Of a DNA stretch of 64,000 nucleotides, positions 28,422 through 39,076 are shown piece by piece. The translations under genes and the position numbers were made by a program. The notes beneath the pieces are model-generated. The model was given only the letters and a program-made list of their open reading frames with translations, was not told the origin of the DNA and did no database searches. Position 1 is the first letter of the stretch, and each line of letters begins with the position of its first letter. The DNA comes from an uncultured Chloroflexia bacterium (GTDB lineage Bacteria; Chloroflexota; Dehalococcoidia; DSTF01; JALHUB01), in NCBI GenBank assembly GCA_963835655.1, contig CAWIGJ010000003.1:868372-932371 (forward strand), read 5' to 3'.

Positions 28422-28473
28422 TGGTGCCGAGGGGCGGAATTGAACCGCCGACACCATGATTTTCAGTCATGTG
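28422..28473 (-). mobile_element. 3' fragment of tRNA-Phe(GAA); att-like island boundary
   Basis: The minus strand reads ATGACTGAAAATCATGGTGTCGGCGGTTCAATTCCGCCCCTCGGCACCA (anticodon arm to CCA); the D-arm and 5' acceptor strand are absent. Confidence 0.85.
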
Positions 28474-29417
28474 TCGCAGCGCCTAGCGCCTCTCAACTGT
28501 CTTTAGATTCAAGAATCGAAATTCTGACAACTATCATGTGCTACCGCCGAAACAATTATGTGCTCGCCGACACCTCCTTTCTCAAGCCAGTCATGTGTTT
28601 CGCTTCTGCGCTAGCATCCCTCTGGTTTGGCCTCGTGTCAACCCCAAGATGAACAGAAGCAGCCGGCCCATTTCGGCCCGTGCATTCCGCGCCGCGAAAA
28701 GGAAACGCGTTTTCAAGCGCGCAATTTCACGCCGCTGAACTGAACGATTCAGCGCGATTATCGAGAAAACAAAAGCAGATCGAAGGCAAACAAAGTATTG
28801 AAATTGAAAGTGCGATGTCGTCCTCCGCTCTTCTGATCGACGTCTGAGAACAGCAGGTGAAGCGCGTCACATGCGCTGCCAACGCAGCGTCTCCTTGCTG
28901 AGAGCAGAACTTGAGAAGTCTCGGTCTCAACGCTGTTTTTGTTTTTTTGTTTTGATCGATGACTTCACGAAGCGAAAGGACGAGGGCAGTTCTGACCTGT
29001 ACCAGGGCTTGCCAATATCTTGGCTCAAGATTTGGCCAGCGCTCATCTATGTCATGGCTCGAGATTCGGCCAAATCTCGGCTCATATCATGGAGCTATGT
29101 CTCGAGTCATAGCTTGATCCGTATCTGGGCATAGTTTGATGATGATTCAAGGCTCGTGTCATGGCTCTACGTCTTGAACAATGGTTTGGCAAGTCATCGC
29201 CAATGTATCGGATCGTCGAGGGGTGGCGAGCGGTCTAATTGAGGTAACCCAGGAATAGCGCACCTGCTCTGACTGCGTCCTCCTTGAGTCGACGTCCCGA
29301 CCCGTACCGAGGATGTCGAACCTCTCGCGCGTTAAGTCATTTCAGGGCGTTTCATGAAAGAGCGGATCCACCGACTGAGACTGCGGGTCTCGAATCCAAC
29401 GGGCGGGACCGACATGG

Positions 29418-31788
29418 CTACCGCACGATTACGGTCGTTGGCATCAAATCCGACGGCTGAAGTAAGCGCCGTTCGCCGACAATCTCGAAGCTGCCCCTTA
29501 GCCGGATGTCCTCCGATGAACTCCCCACAAGAACATCGACCTGTCCCGGCTCAATGACGAATTGCATGTCCTGGTCGTAGAAAGCGAGCTGGCTCACGTC
29601 GAAGCGGAAGGTCAGCTGGCGTGTTTCACCAGGCCTGAGAGCGATGCGTTGAAAGCCTTTCAACTGCTTCACAGGCCGCGTGATGCCGACGGCGGCCTGG
29701 TGCACGTAAAGCTGGACAACCTCTTCGCCAAGTCGTGAGCCGGCGTTCGTCACTTTCACATGCACATCCACTACTGCGTTCGCTGATACCTGCGGGGTGC
29801 TCAGTTCGAGGCCGGTATATTCGAAGCGTGTGTAGCTGAGGCCGTGCCCAAAGGGGAATAGCGGCTTGGCCGGGAGGTCTGCATAGTCGCCCCTAGCACT
29901 GCGTCCACCCGAGGGCTTGTGCCCATAGTAGACCGGCACCTGTCCGACGGAGCGAGAGAGCGAGACCGGAAGCTTGCCGCCGGGCGGACTATCCCCGAAG
30001 AGTATGTCAGCAATGGCGTTTCCGCCTTCCTCTCCAGGGAGCCATGCTTCCAGCACAGCTGGCACATGCTCGGCGATCCAAGGAAGAGCGAGTGGACGGC
30101 CGTTGATGAGGACAACGACGGTGGGCGTGCCAGCAGAGACGACCGCTTCGACCAGAGCCTGCTGCACACCGGTTAGCCCGAGGTCGGCGCAGTCTACAAA
30201 CTCGCCGGTCGTACAGCCCTCCACGAGTCCCGACTTCCCGCCGACCACCACCACAACCGCGTCGGCCCGGCGTGCGACTTCAACCGCCTCTGCAAACCCC
30301 TCTGTCGAATCGCCAAGAAGGTCGCATCCGCGGGCGGTCAGGATCTTCATTTGTCGACCGACTTTGTTCTGGATTCCTTGAAGCACACTCACCATAGAGA
30401 CGAAATATCGCTCCAGGTCGGTAGCGCCGGCGGCCTCAGGCCGCGGCGCGGCGGCAACATCGCTGGCCGCTCCGAACAATATCCCCTCAAGATGAGAGGG
30501 ATAATGGTAATCCCCCTGGAGCAGTCGGATGCTGTCAGCGCTCGGGCCGATGACCGCTAGCGTTTTCAGGTCGCGCGAGAGAGGTAGGAGATCGCCCTCG
30601 TTCTTCAGGAGAACAATGGATTCTCGCGCGACACGGGCGGCCAGACGGCGTTGCTCCGCAGTGTCGAAGATAGCGGGCGCCGCATCCGCGTCGACATACG
30701 GGTTCTCAAATAGGCCGAGCTCAAACTTCATGCAAAGGACGCGCGCCACAGCCTGGTCGACCTGGGCAATGTCAACGCGACCGTCGGCAAGCGCCTCGCG
30801 AAGCGGCTCGTTATAGTAGTCGAGAACCGGGAGCTCAACGTCCAGTCCGGCCTGAAGCGCCAGACGCGCCGTCTCCTCTTTGTTTGCGGCCACTTGGTGA
30901 TAGGCCATAAGCGTCAGAGTTGTGAAGTAATCTGATACGATGACGCCATCGAAACCGAGAGAATCACGGAGGAGAGTCTTCAGCAACTTGGCCGAGGCGC
31001 CGCAAGGCACGCCATCGAGTTCGTGGTAAGCGTTCATAACCGACGCCAGGCCGGCTTCCCTGATAGCCGCCTCAAAAGGCCTAGCGAAGACCTCGAGCAA
31101 TTCGCGTTCCGGAATGTGGGCAGGCGCCCAGTTCAATCCTCCCTCAGAGGCGCCGTAGCCGAGAAAGTGCTTTCCCGTGGCGACGATACCGCACCGCCGG
31201 TTCTCTCCCTGCAAGCCTCTTACGTAAGCGACGCCGATCCGGGAGATGAGGTAGGGGTCCTCGCCGAAGGTCTCCTCCGTCCGGCCCCAACGCGGGTCAC
31301 GCGCGACATCTCAGGACAGGAGCCAAAGCCTGGTGCGCCCCGACCGCACGCATCTGTTCTCGAATGACGTTCGTCATCTCTTCGATCAGGTCCGGGTCCC
31401 AGGTACTGGCGAGGCCGATGGCCTGAGGGAAACACGTAGCGTCTCGCGCACAATAGCCGGCGCAGCTCTCTTCGTGAACGATAGCCGGTATGCCGAGGCG
31501 CGTGTTCTCTACAAGGAACCTCTGGATTGCGTTCGCGAGCTGGGCGCTCTCCCGCGGCCCGAGAACCGTCCGGCCGCCAATGCGGGATATATGTCCTATG
31601 CCATGGCGAAGCGTCTCCCTAGCCTTCGCCCCTGAGAAGGATTCTCTATCCGTCAGTGCAGTTACCCAAACTCCGCCCATCTGCGCGACCTTCTCCTGGA
31701 TCGTCATTCGAGAAAGGAGGTCGCTAACGCGCTCGTCGTCACTCAGATTCGGATTGTGATAGGGGGCGGTCTCAGAGTTTCCGTTCAT
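29418..31788 (-). pseudogene. GH3 beta-glucosidase/beta-xylosidase with a +1 frameshift
   Basis: The N-part (31297-31788; EKVAQ, HEE..AG, FPQAIGLA) and C-part (KHF, VSDY, Fn3) join if one base at ~31311 is removed, restoring APVLDVARDPRWGR. Confidence 0.88.
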
Positions 31789-32001
31789 TACGTCCTCCGC
31801 TAGAATCGGTCCTTGGGCTGTCTTTCGTGCTCACCGAGTCTTCTGTGCTCCAGAGCAGAATCGAACTCCAGATACTCCCTAAGGGTCTGCCTAGGTTCTG
31901 AGGAACCAGGGCGTCTTTGCATGTCCCTCTTCCGATAACCTGGCAGGAAGAGCACGTACCGAGGGCAGGTGCCATGTGCAGCATTTCCGGAATTCTCCTG
32001 C

Positions 32002-33021
32002 TCAGGGCGAGGTGGTGTATGGACGGGGTTCGCCGATGCTGCTCTGCCGGATCACCAGCTTCGTTGGAATCGTCACGGAGGTCGGCTCGGTTCTTCGCCT
32101 CTCAATCTCATCGAGTAAGAGTTCGATGGAGCGTTTGCCCCAGGCACTGAAGTCTTGGTGAACGGTTGTCAGCGGTGGCATGTAAAAGGCGGATTCGGGC
32201 GTATCATCGAAGCCCGCGACAAGGACATCATCGGGCACGCGCGCTCCGCGCTCGTGCAATGCGCGCAGAAGGCCGAGTGCCATGTGGTCGTTCGCAGCGA
32301 ACACTGCTCGGACGTCGGCGCGCTCCGCGAGTCGCTGGCCGAGCTCGTACCCGGATGCCGGAGTCCAGTCGCCCGCCAGAGGTTCGGGCACTTTCACTCC
32401 GGCCTCGTCGAGCGCACGCCGCCAGCCCGTCATTCGCTGACGGGCCGCCAACCAATTGTCGGGCCCTGCTATATGCCAGACGGTGGGTGCCCCCTCGGCG
32501 AGAAGGTGCTGCGTCGCAGCAGCAGCGCCGCCGAGTTGGTCCATGCTCACGACCGATCGGCCGGCTGTTTCTTCACCTTGAGTCATCACAATCGGCACGT
32601 CGGCGGGGAAGCTGCGCAGGGCCTCCGGCGAACCGGTCAGGGGCGTGATGGCTACGATGCCCTCAACCCGTTGAAGTGCAAGGTGCTCGACAGCGTCGCT
32701 CATGGCACCGCCGTTCGGACTGTCGATCGAAACGATGCTGACGAAGTAGCCCGCGGCGCGGGCCACCTGCTCGAGGGCGTAAAGATGGCCGGCGGGTCCG
32801 AATGTTGTGGCCTCGATCGCGATCACACCAATGACTCCCGATCGACCGGAGGCGAGGGCGCGGGCTGCGGAGTTCGGCCGGTAGTTGAGCGTTTGAGCAG
32901 CGTCAAGCACCCGCGCCCGCGTACCGCTTCGCACCAAGGGGTGCTTGTTGAAGACACGAGACACGGTTTGCGGGGAGACGCCGGCAAGCCGGGCGACGTC
33001 AGACATAGTGGCAGAGCGCAT
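32002..33021 (-). CDS. LacI family transcriptional regulator
   Basis: TMSDVARLAGVSPQTVSRV HTH, YRPN..AR.L, ANDHMALG and GFDD...PPLTTV motifs; ATG after GGAGG. Confidence 0.95.
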   Translation of the reverse strand: MRSATMSDVARLAGVSPQTVSRVFNKHPLVRSGTRARVLDAAQTLNYRPNSAARALASGRSGVIGVIAIEATTFGPAGHLYALEQVARAAGYFVSIVSIDSPNGGAMSDAVEHLALQRVEGIVAITPLTGSPEALRSFPADVPIVMTQGEETAGRSVVSMDQLGGAAAATQHLLAEGAPTVWHIAGPDNWLAARQRMTGWRRALDEAGVKVPEPLAGDWTPASGYELGQRLAERADVRAVFAANDHMALGLLRALHERGARVPDDVLVAGFDDTPESAFYMPPLTTVHQDFSAWGKRSIELLLDEIERRRTEPTSVTIPTKLVIRQSSIGEPRPYTTSP

Positions 33022-33190
33022 CCAGTCACCTCCTGACATCTGCTGATGATAGCGCACACACTAAAGATCAAGCAACAAATTGGCGTGGCTAGACTCCGCA
33101 CACATCCCCTAACCACTTGCAGATGATTGCGCCAACATGCTAGACTGCCTCATCAAGGAATCGGCACAACGGCTACGAAAGGGGGACGCC

Positions 33191-34801
33191 ATGTTTTACC
33201 AGACGAGGGTCTCTCGTCGAGGTTTTCTTGCCGGAGCTGCTGCTGCTGGAGGGGCGGCTGGCCTTGTTCTCATCGGCTGTGGCGGAAAGAGCGAGAATGC
33301 CGGACTAATCACTCCGACCGCCGCGGCAGGCGAGCCGAAGAAGGGTGGCACGATCAGACTCAGGAACAACGCTGCCATCCTCAGCCTTGACCCCAATATG
33401 ACTGAAGGGGTCTCCTGGGCCCCCTACTTCTACAGTTACGTGGTTCAACCGACCGACTGGCATGCCCCTGATTACACAATTGGCGATCTTGCGGAATCCT
33501 GGGAGACGCCCGACGACAACCATTGGATCTTCCACCTGCGAAGCGACGTTAATTTCCAGAACGTCGCACCTGCGAACGGGCGGCCTCTGGTCGCGCAAGA
33601 TATCGTCAAGAGCATCGATCGCTACCGGTCAACGCCGAATGCCGGACTCGCCTGGACCCAGTGGACTGAAAGGTACGAAGCGACCGATGAACACACGTTC
33701 ACGGAGATAACGAAACAGCCCTACGGATACTTCTTGTATGACCTGGGCAGCCCCGCCACGGCAATAATGGCGACGGAGGCAATTGATCAGTTCGGTGACC
33801 TGAAGACGCACGTCGCGGGCAGCGGCCCTTACACGCTCCAGTCGTACGACCCAAACACGTCCCTGGGGGTGGTGCGCAATCCCACCTATTACCAGGACTA
33901 CCCTTACGTGGACGGCGTCAGCATCAAGGTCTACACCGACGATTCGGCCGCCCAAGCGGCGTTTCGGGCGGGCCAGATCGATGCCTACGATGCAGCCACC
34001 AAGCCCGCGGCGGACAACGTAAGCGGCGTGAGCGGCGTGACAGTTCAGAAGTACCTGAATCGCCAGTACACCGTGTTCATGATGAACGCCGTTCAGGAGC
34101 CAAGGTTCAAGGACGAGCGAATTCGTGAAGCCATAGACCTTGCCCTTGACCGCAAACAGATGATCGACAAGCTATGTTTTGGCAATGCTGAACTGGCCGG
34201 CCCGATACCGCCCATCTGGCCGGCCGCCCTTCCGCCCGAGGAGATCGACGCCGCGTACACGAGAGACGTGGCCAAGGCGAAACAGCTTCTGTCCGCAGCT
34301 GGTGCTTCTGACCTGGCGTTCGATCTGACGTTCGGGACCTACGCAGACCATCCAGACCGCGCCGCGATTATCCAAGCCAACCTGGCGGAGGCTGGCATCA
34401 CGGCCAACCTCAAACCCGCCGATGTCGGCACCTGGCTGAGTAACTTGGAGAGTAATAACTTCGTTAGTACGACATTCCAGCACCTATCCTACCTATCCGA
34501 CTACATTCCGATAAACTGGCACCACAGCCACGGCTGGGGCCATCTCGATACCACGTATACCGGAGTTGATGATCCGCAGGTTGACGCGATGATCGATCAG
34601 ATCAATGGGACGATCGACGACCAGACACGAATCAAGCTAGAGCAGGATACCCAACGGCTCATTCTGCAGCGTCACGGCCCGACGCTCACACTGTATCAGC
34701 CTTACAACTACTGGGCCGCTTACGACTACATCAAGGGCTACAAGCCGACGTCGTTCGGCTTCGGGCTGTTCAATTACGGTTACTGGATCGACAAAGGATA
34801 G
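33191..34801 (+). CDS. ABC transporter substrate-binding protein, family 5, Tat lipoprotein (paralog 1)
   Basis: SRRGFL Tat motif, IGC lipobox, GDLAESWE.PD, GSGPY, D.R.R.A..LA.DR and YWIDKG end. Confidence 0.92.
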   Translation: MFYQTRVSRRGFLAGAAAAGGAAGLVLIGCGGKSENAGLITPTAAAGEPKKGGTIRLRNNAAILSLDPNMTEGVSWAPYFYSYVVQPTDWHAPDYTIGDLAESWETPDDNHWIFHLRSDVNFQNVAPANGRPLVAQDIVKSIDRYRSTPNAGLAWTQWTERYEATDEHTFTEITKQPYGYFLYDLGSPATAIMATEAIDQFGDLKTHVAGSGPYTLQSYDPNTSLGVVRNPTYYQDYPYVDGVSIKVYTDDSAAQAAFRAGQIDAYDAATKPAADNVSGVSGVTVQKYLNRQYTVFMMNAVQEPRFKDERIREAIDLALDRKQMIDKLCFGNAELAGPIPPIWPAALPPEEIDAAYTRDVAKAKQLLSAAGASDLAFDLTFGTYADHPDRAAIIQANLAEAGITANLKPADVGTWLSNLESNNFVSTTFQHLSYLSDYIPINWHHSHGWGHLDTTYTGVDDPQVDAMIDQINGTIDDQTRIKLEQDTQRLILQRHGPTLTLYQPYNYWAAYDYIKGYKPTSFGFGLFNYGYWIDKG

Positions 34802-34843
34802 CGGCGACCTTTTTGACTTGCGTGGACTAAAGGCATCCTTGGC

Positions 34844-36112
34844 ATGGCTATGACGATGGCGCAGAAAGCGCTGGCGAGGGCCGCCGGTAAGGATGAAGTC
34901 CTCCTAAGCGAATACGTCACCGCTCGCGTTGACCGCTGTATCCTCCACGAGGTCTTTGCTGCAGCGGGCTCGACCCTTGAGGCAGCCGGCATTTCCCGCC
35001 TTCATGATTCTCAGAGTGTTGTCGTCATCAACTGCCTTTGGTTCCCTGCCTTCGGACCTGAACAGGCTCGAGTTCATGCGATCGGCCGCCACTTCGCAGA
35101 CGCTTTCGGTGTTGAGAACTATCTCGGCGGAGCCGGCACTTGTAATCTCCCGCCCATCGAGCAAGGCTTCATCCGCCCAGGCGAGCTCGTCCTCGGAACC
35201 GATTCGCACAGCACTACCTACGGCGCCCTGGGCGCGGCCGGCGCCGGAATCGGTCTGACTGAGATGGCCTGGGTTCTGGCTACGGGTAGCCTCTGGATGC
35301 AGGTGCCGCCCACGATTCGTTTTCGCCTCACCGGTAATCCAGGGCCGGCCCTCATGTCGAAGGACGTCATGCTCTGCATAGCCGGGAGGTATACGACGGA
35401 GGTGGCCCAGTACCAATCGGTAGAGTTTGCCGGTCCGCTTGCTGAGGGGATGTCTATCGCGAGCCGGATGACGATGAGCAATATGGCGGCGGAGATAGGG
35501 GCGAAGTTTGCCTTCTTTGCCGCCGATGAGAAGACGGTGGCGTATCTGACGGGACGTGTCAAGGGCGAGGTCTCGACCTTTGGGCCGGACCCTGATGCCG
35601 AATACAGCGCGGACTACGAAGTAGACGTGAGCGGGTTAGAGCCCCAGGTGGCTTGCCCGGACGACCCGGGGAATGTCGTTTCCGTACGAGAGGTAGCGGG
35701 GACGAAGGTGGACCAGTTCTTCCTGGGGTCGTGCACCAACGCCCGTCTAGAGGACCTGGCGGTAGCGGCGGACATACTCAAGGGTAAGAAGGTCTACCCT
35801 CGCTCGCGTCTAATCGTGACGCCGGCGTCGAAAGAGGTCTATCTGGATGCGCTGAGGGCGGGGTACCTGGAGACGCTGGCAGAGGCTGGGGCGGTCATAA
35901 CCTCCTCCGGCTGCGGCGCCTGCCCGGGCTTTCACATGGGTCTGCTCGCCCCGGGCGAGGTCTGCCTTTCGACGACGAACCGCAACTTCAAGGGCCGGAT
36001 GGGGAGTCCCGAGGCAAAGATATACCTGGCGTCGCCCGCGACGGTCGCTGCCTCTGCCAGCGAGGGTGAAATCGTCGACCCGACGACACGATGGAGCGGG
36101 GACGCCCTTTAG
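34844..36112 (+). CDS. LeuC/HacA-like aconitase-family large subunit, copy 1 (atypical N-terminal catalytic motifs)
   Basis: GTDSHSTTYGA, GSCTN, CGAC and STTNRNF are present; the canonical DH and CHQ motifs read NCL and CNL. Confidence 0.88.
   Translation: MAMTMAQKALARAAGKDEVLLSEYVTARVDRCILHEVFAAAGSTLEAAGISRLHDSQSVVVINCLWFPAFGPEQARVHAIGRHFADAFGVENYLGGAGTCNLPPIEQGFIRPGELVLGTDSHSTTYGALGAAGAGIGLTEMAWVLATGSLWMQVPPTIRFRLTGNPGPALMSKDVMLCIAGRYTTEVAQYQSVEFAGPLAEGMSIASRMTMSNMAAEIGAKFAFFAADEKTVAYLTGRVKGEVSTFGPDPDAEYSADYEVDVSGLEPQVACPDDPGNVVSVREVAGTKVDQFFLGSCTNARLEDLAVAADILKGKKVYPRSRLIVTPASKEVYLDALRAGYLETLAEAGAVITSSGCGACPGFHMGLLAPGEVCLSTTNRNFKGRMGSPEAKIYLASPATVAASASEGEIVDPTTRWSGDAL
35165..36081 (+). 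repeat. 917-bp near-identical repeat, copy A
   Basis: Matches 36542-37458 (offset 1377) with about 12 substitutions counted by eye. Confidence 0.95.
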
Positions 36113-36220
36113 CCAGGCAGGACGACCGAAACGGCAGATCGTAGGCCGCTCACGGTAATCTCCGATCGATGACATGATCTGGAAGACTTGGAGGGATCCG
36201 GTTCTGTTGGGAGCGCTCTC

Positions 36221-37501
36221 ATGGGCATGACGATGGCGGAGAAGGTTCTTGCACGGGCATCGGGCCGCGACGTCGCCGCGGCAGAAGAGTATGTCACCGC
36301 CAGTGTCGACAGAGTGATGGCCCATGAAGCCTTTGCCGCCAGCTGCCTCCTTCTGCAGTCGAACGACGTTTCCTCGTTTGCCAAACCTGACCGGATCGTC
36401 GTTGTCATGGATCACTGGTACCCGGCTCCCACGGTACGTTACGCGCAGGCCCACGCTATCTGTCAGCACTTTGCTGAGAAGTTCGGCGTGAAAAACTACT
36501 TGGGTGGCGCCGGCGTTTGCCATCAAGTTCTTCCAGAGCGTGGCTTCATCCGCCCAGGCGAGCTCGTCCTCGGAACCGATTCGCACAGCACTACCTACGG
36601 CGCCCTGGGCGCGGCCGGCGCCGGAATCGGTCTGACTGAGATGGCCTGGGTTCTGGCTACGGGTAGCCTCTGGATGCAGGTGCCGCCCACGATTCGTTTT
36701 CGCCTCACCGGTAATCCAGGGCCGGCCCTCATGTCGAAGGACGTCATGCTCTGCATAGCCGGGAGGTATACGACGGAGGTGGCCCAGTACCAATCGGTAG
36801 AGTTTGCCGGTCCGCTTGCTGAGGGGATGTCTATCGCGAGCCGGATGACGATGAGCAATATGGCGGCGGAGATAGGGGCGAAGTTTGCCTTCTTTGCCGC
36901 CGACGAGAAGACGGTGGCGTATCTGACGGGACGTGTCAAGGGCGAGGTCTCGACCTTTGGGCCGGACCCTGATGCCGAATACAGCGCGGACTACGAAGTA
37001 GACGTGAGCGGGTTAGAGCCCCAGGTGGCTTGCCCGGACGACCCGGGGAATGTCGTTTCCGCACGAGAGGTAGCGGGGACGAAGGTAGACCAGTTCTTCC
37101 TAGGGTCGTGCACCAACGCCCGCCTGGAGGACCTGGCGGTAGCGGCGGACATACTCAAGGGTAAGAAGGTCCACCCTCGCTCGCGTCTAATCGTGACGCC
37201 GGCGTCGAAAGAGGTCTATCTGGATGCGCTGAGGGCGGGGTACTTGGAGACGCTGGCAGAGGCTGGGGCGGTCATAACCTCCTCCGGCTGCGGCGCCTGC
37301 CCGGGCTCGCACATGGGTCTGCTCGCCCCGGGCGAGGTCTGCCTTTCGACGACGAACCGCAACTTCAAGGGTCGGATGGGGAGTCCCGAGGCGAAGATAT
37401 ACCTGGCGTCGCCCGCGACGGTCGCTGCCTCTGCCAGCGAGGGTGAAATCGTCGACCCACGCGAAGCGCATCCCGAAGCGATACTCACCGGAGGAACATA
37501 A
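36221..37501 (+). CDS. LeuC/HacA-like aconitase-family large subunit, copy 2 (canonical)
   Basis: MDHWYP, GVCHQV, GTDSHSTT, GSCTN and CGAC motifs. Confidence 0.93.
   Translation: MGMTMAEKVLARASGRDVAAAEEYVTASVDRVMAHEAFAASCLLLQSNDVSSFAKPDRIVVVMDHWYPAPTVRYAQAHAICQHFAEKFGVKNYLGGAGVCHQVLPERGFIRPGELVLGTDSHSTTYGALGAAGAGIGLTEMAWVLATGSLWMQVPPTIRFRLTGNPGPALMSKDVMLCIAGRYTTEVAQYQSVEFAGPLAEGMSIASRMTMSNMAAEIGAKFAFFAADEKTVAYLTGRVKGEVSTFGPDPDAEYSADYEVDVSGLEPQVACPDDPGNVVSAREVAGTKVDQFFLGSCTNARLEDLAVAADILKGKKVHPRSRLIVTPASKEVYLDALRAGYLETLAEAGAVITSSGCGACPGSHMGLLAPGEVCLSTTNRNFKGRMGSPEAKIYLASPATVAASASEGEIVDPREAHPEAILTGGT
36542..37458 (+). repeat. 917-bp near-identical repeat, copy B
   Basis: Matches 35165-36081. 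Confidence 0.95.
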
Positions 37502-37502
37502 G

Positions 37503-38006
37503 ATGAGGCACGTGATCCGAGGCCGCGTCTGGAAGTTCGGCGACAACGTGAACACCGATGTTATGGCGCCGTGGGATACGATCTCACAACCCTGGGAAGA
37601 GGCTCGCCACAGAGTCCTCCATATTCGTCAGGACTTTGTGGAGGGGATGCGGGCGGGGGATGTCATCGTCGCCGGACGGAACTGGGGCTGCGGCTCGAGT
37701 CGAGAGCAGGCGGCGCAGTACCTTAAGGATCTGGGGCTGGCGGCCGTCGTTGCGGAATCATTTGGGCGTATCTACTTTCGCAACAGCATAGCCATTGCCT
37801 TCCCCAATATAGCCTGTCCCGGTGTCGCCGGCGACTTTGACGACGGCGATCAGATCGAAATCGAACTGGAGACCGCCGCTGTTCGCAATCGCTCGAAGGG
37901 GAGAAAGCTCCAGGGGCAACCTTATACAGCGGAGATGCTGGAGATTGTGCAGAAGGGCGGCCTTATGGCCCTTCTGAAGGAACGAAGGGCAGCGGGACTT
38001 CTGTGA
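37503..38006 (+). CDS. LeuD/HacB-like small subunit
   Basis: FGDNVNTD, AGRNWGCGSSREQA and AESFGRIYFRNSI motifs. Confidence 0.93.
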   Translation: MRHVIRGRVWKFGDNVNTDVMAPWDTISQPWEEARHRVLHIRQDFVEGMRAGDVIVAGRNWGCGSSREQAAQYLKDLGLAAVVAESFGRIYFRNSIAIAFPNIACPGVAGDFDDGDQIEIELETAAVRNRSKGRKLQGQPYTAEMLEIVQKGGLMALLKERRAAGLL

Positions 38007-39076
38007 AACGCATCGCCATAATCGAGGGAGAGGACGCGGCGCCCGAAACGATCCGCCCAACAGTCGAGATACTGGCATCGTTTGATCTGCCGATCCAGTT
38101 CCTGTATCCCCCGGTGGGCCTCCCAGCCGAACAGCAGTTCGGCGACAATTTCCCTGCGGAGGCGAAACGGATCATCGACAGCTCGGATGCAGCTTTGTTT
38201 GGGGCAACGAGCGGTCCTTCCGTGCGCGCGCTCTTCTACCTGCGCTGGGGGCGAAAGACATACGCGAACGTGCGCCCAGTTCGATGGTTGCCTGGCGCCA
38301 TAAGCCCATTGGCCAATCCAGAAGGCATCGACTTTGTCATCGTGCGGGAGAACATGGAGGACATGTACGTCGGCATCGAGGGCGATCTCGCGACGCTTTC
38401 GTCGGAGTTCACCTGGCGGGCGACTGGACGCGCCGCGGCAGAAGCTGCACCGGGGAAATACGCCGTGAAGGTCATAACCGAGGCAGGGAGCCGCCGTATC
38501 GCCCAGTTCGCCTGCCGACTCGCGGAGCAGCGCCAGCGGCGTGGCTTCCCCGGAAGAGTGACGGTAGGAACTAAGCACAACATGTTGTTCCAGTCTGACG
38601 GCCTGTTCCGGGAGGTCGCGGAGGCGGTTGTCGGCCGACATGACGGACTGACATTCGAGTCGTTTATTATCGATGATTTGGCGAGAAGGATGGTCTCCGA
38701 TCCTCAATCATTCGACGTCGTTCTCCTTCCTAACCTGTATGGCGATATCCTCTCCGATGAAGCCTCCGCGCTCGTAGGCGGACTGGGGCTCGCACCGTCG
38801 GGATGCTATGGGGATGACTATGCGTATTTCGAGAGCGCGGGCGGGTCGGCACCTGACATCGCGGGACAGGGCATCATCAACCCGACCGCGACGCTCCTCT
38901 CAGCGGCCATGATGTTGGACTATCTGGGCTTCGAATCAGAAGCGAGACGACTGGCGACGGCGATTGAAGGCGTCTACCAAGAAGGCCTTAGCCTGACTCC
39001 TGACCAGGGAGGGACGTCAAGAACGACAGATTTCTGCAGCGAGGTTAGGCGCCTCCTAGAGGAGGGTTGCTACTGA
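38003..39076 (+). CDS. Isocitrate/isopropylmalate-family decarboxylating dehydrogenase
   Basis: YANVRP, IVREN.E.MY, PNLYGDILSD and GSAPDIAG...NP.A.LLS motifs; GTGA overlap with the small subunit. Confidence 0.92.
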   Translation: MKRIAIIEGEDAAPETIRPTVEILASFDLPIQFLYPPVGLPAEQQFGDNFPAEAKRIIDSSDAALFGATSGPSVRALFYLRWGRKTYANVRPVRWLPGAISPLANPEGIDFVIVRENMEDMYVGIEGDLATLSSEFTWRATGRAAAEAAPGKYAVKVITEAGSRRIAQFACRLAEQRQRRGFPGRVTVGTKHNMLFQSDGLFREVAEAVVGRHDGLTFESFIIDDLARRMVSDPQSFDVVLLPNLYGDILSDEASALVGGLGLAPSGCYGDDYAYFESAGGSAPDIAGQGIINPTATLLSAAMMLDYLGFESEARRLATAIEGVYQEGLSLTPDQGGTSRTTDFCSEVRRLLEEGCY

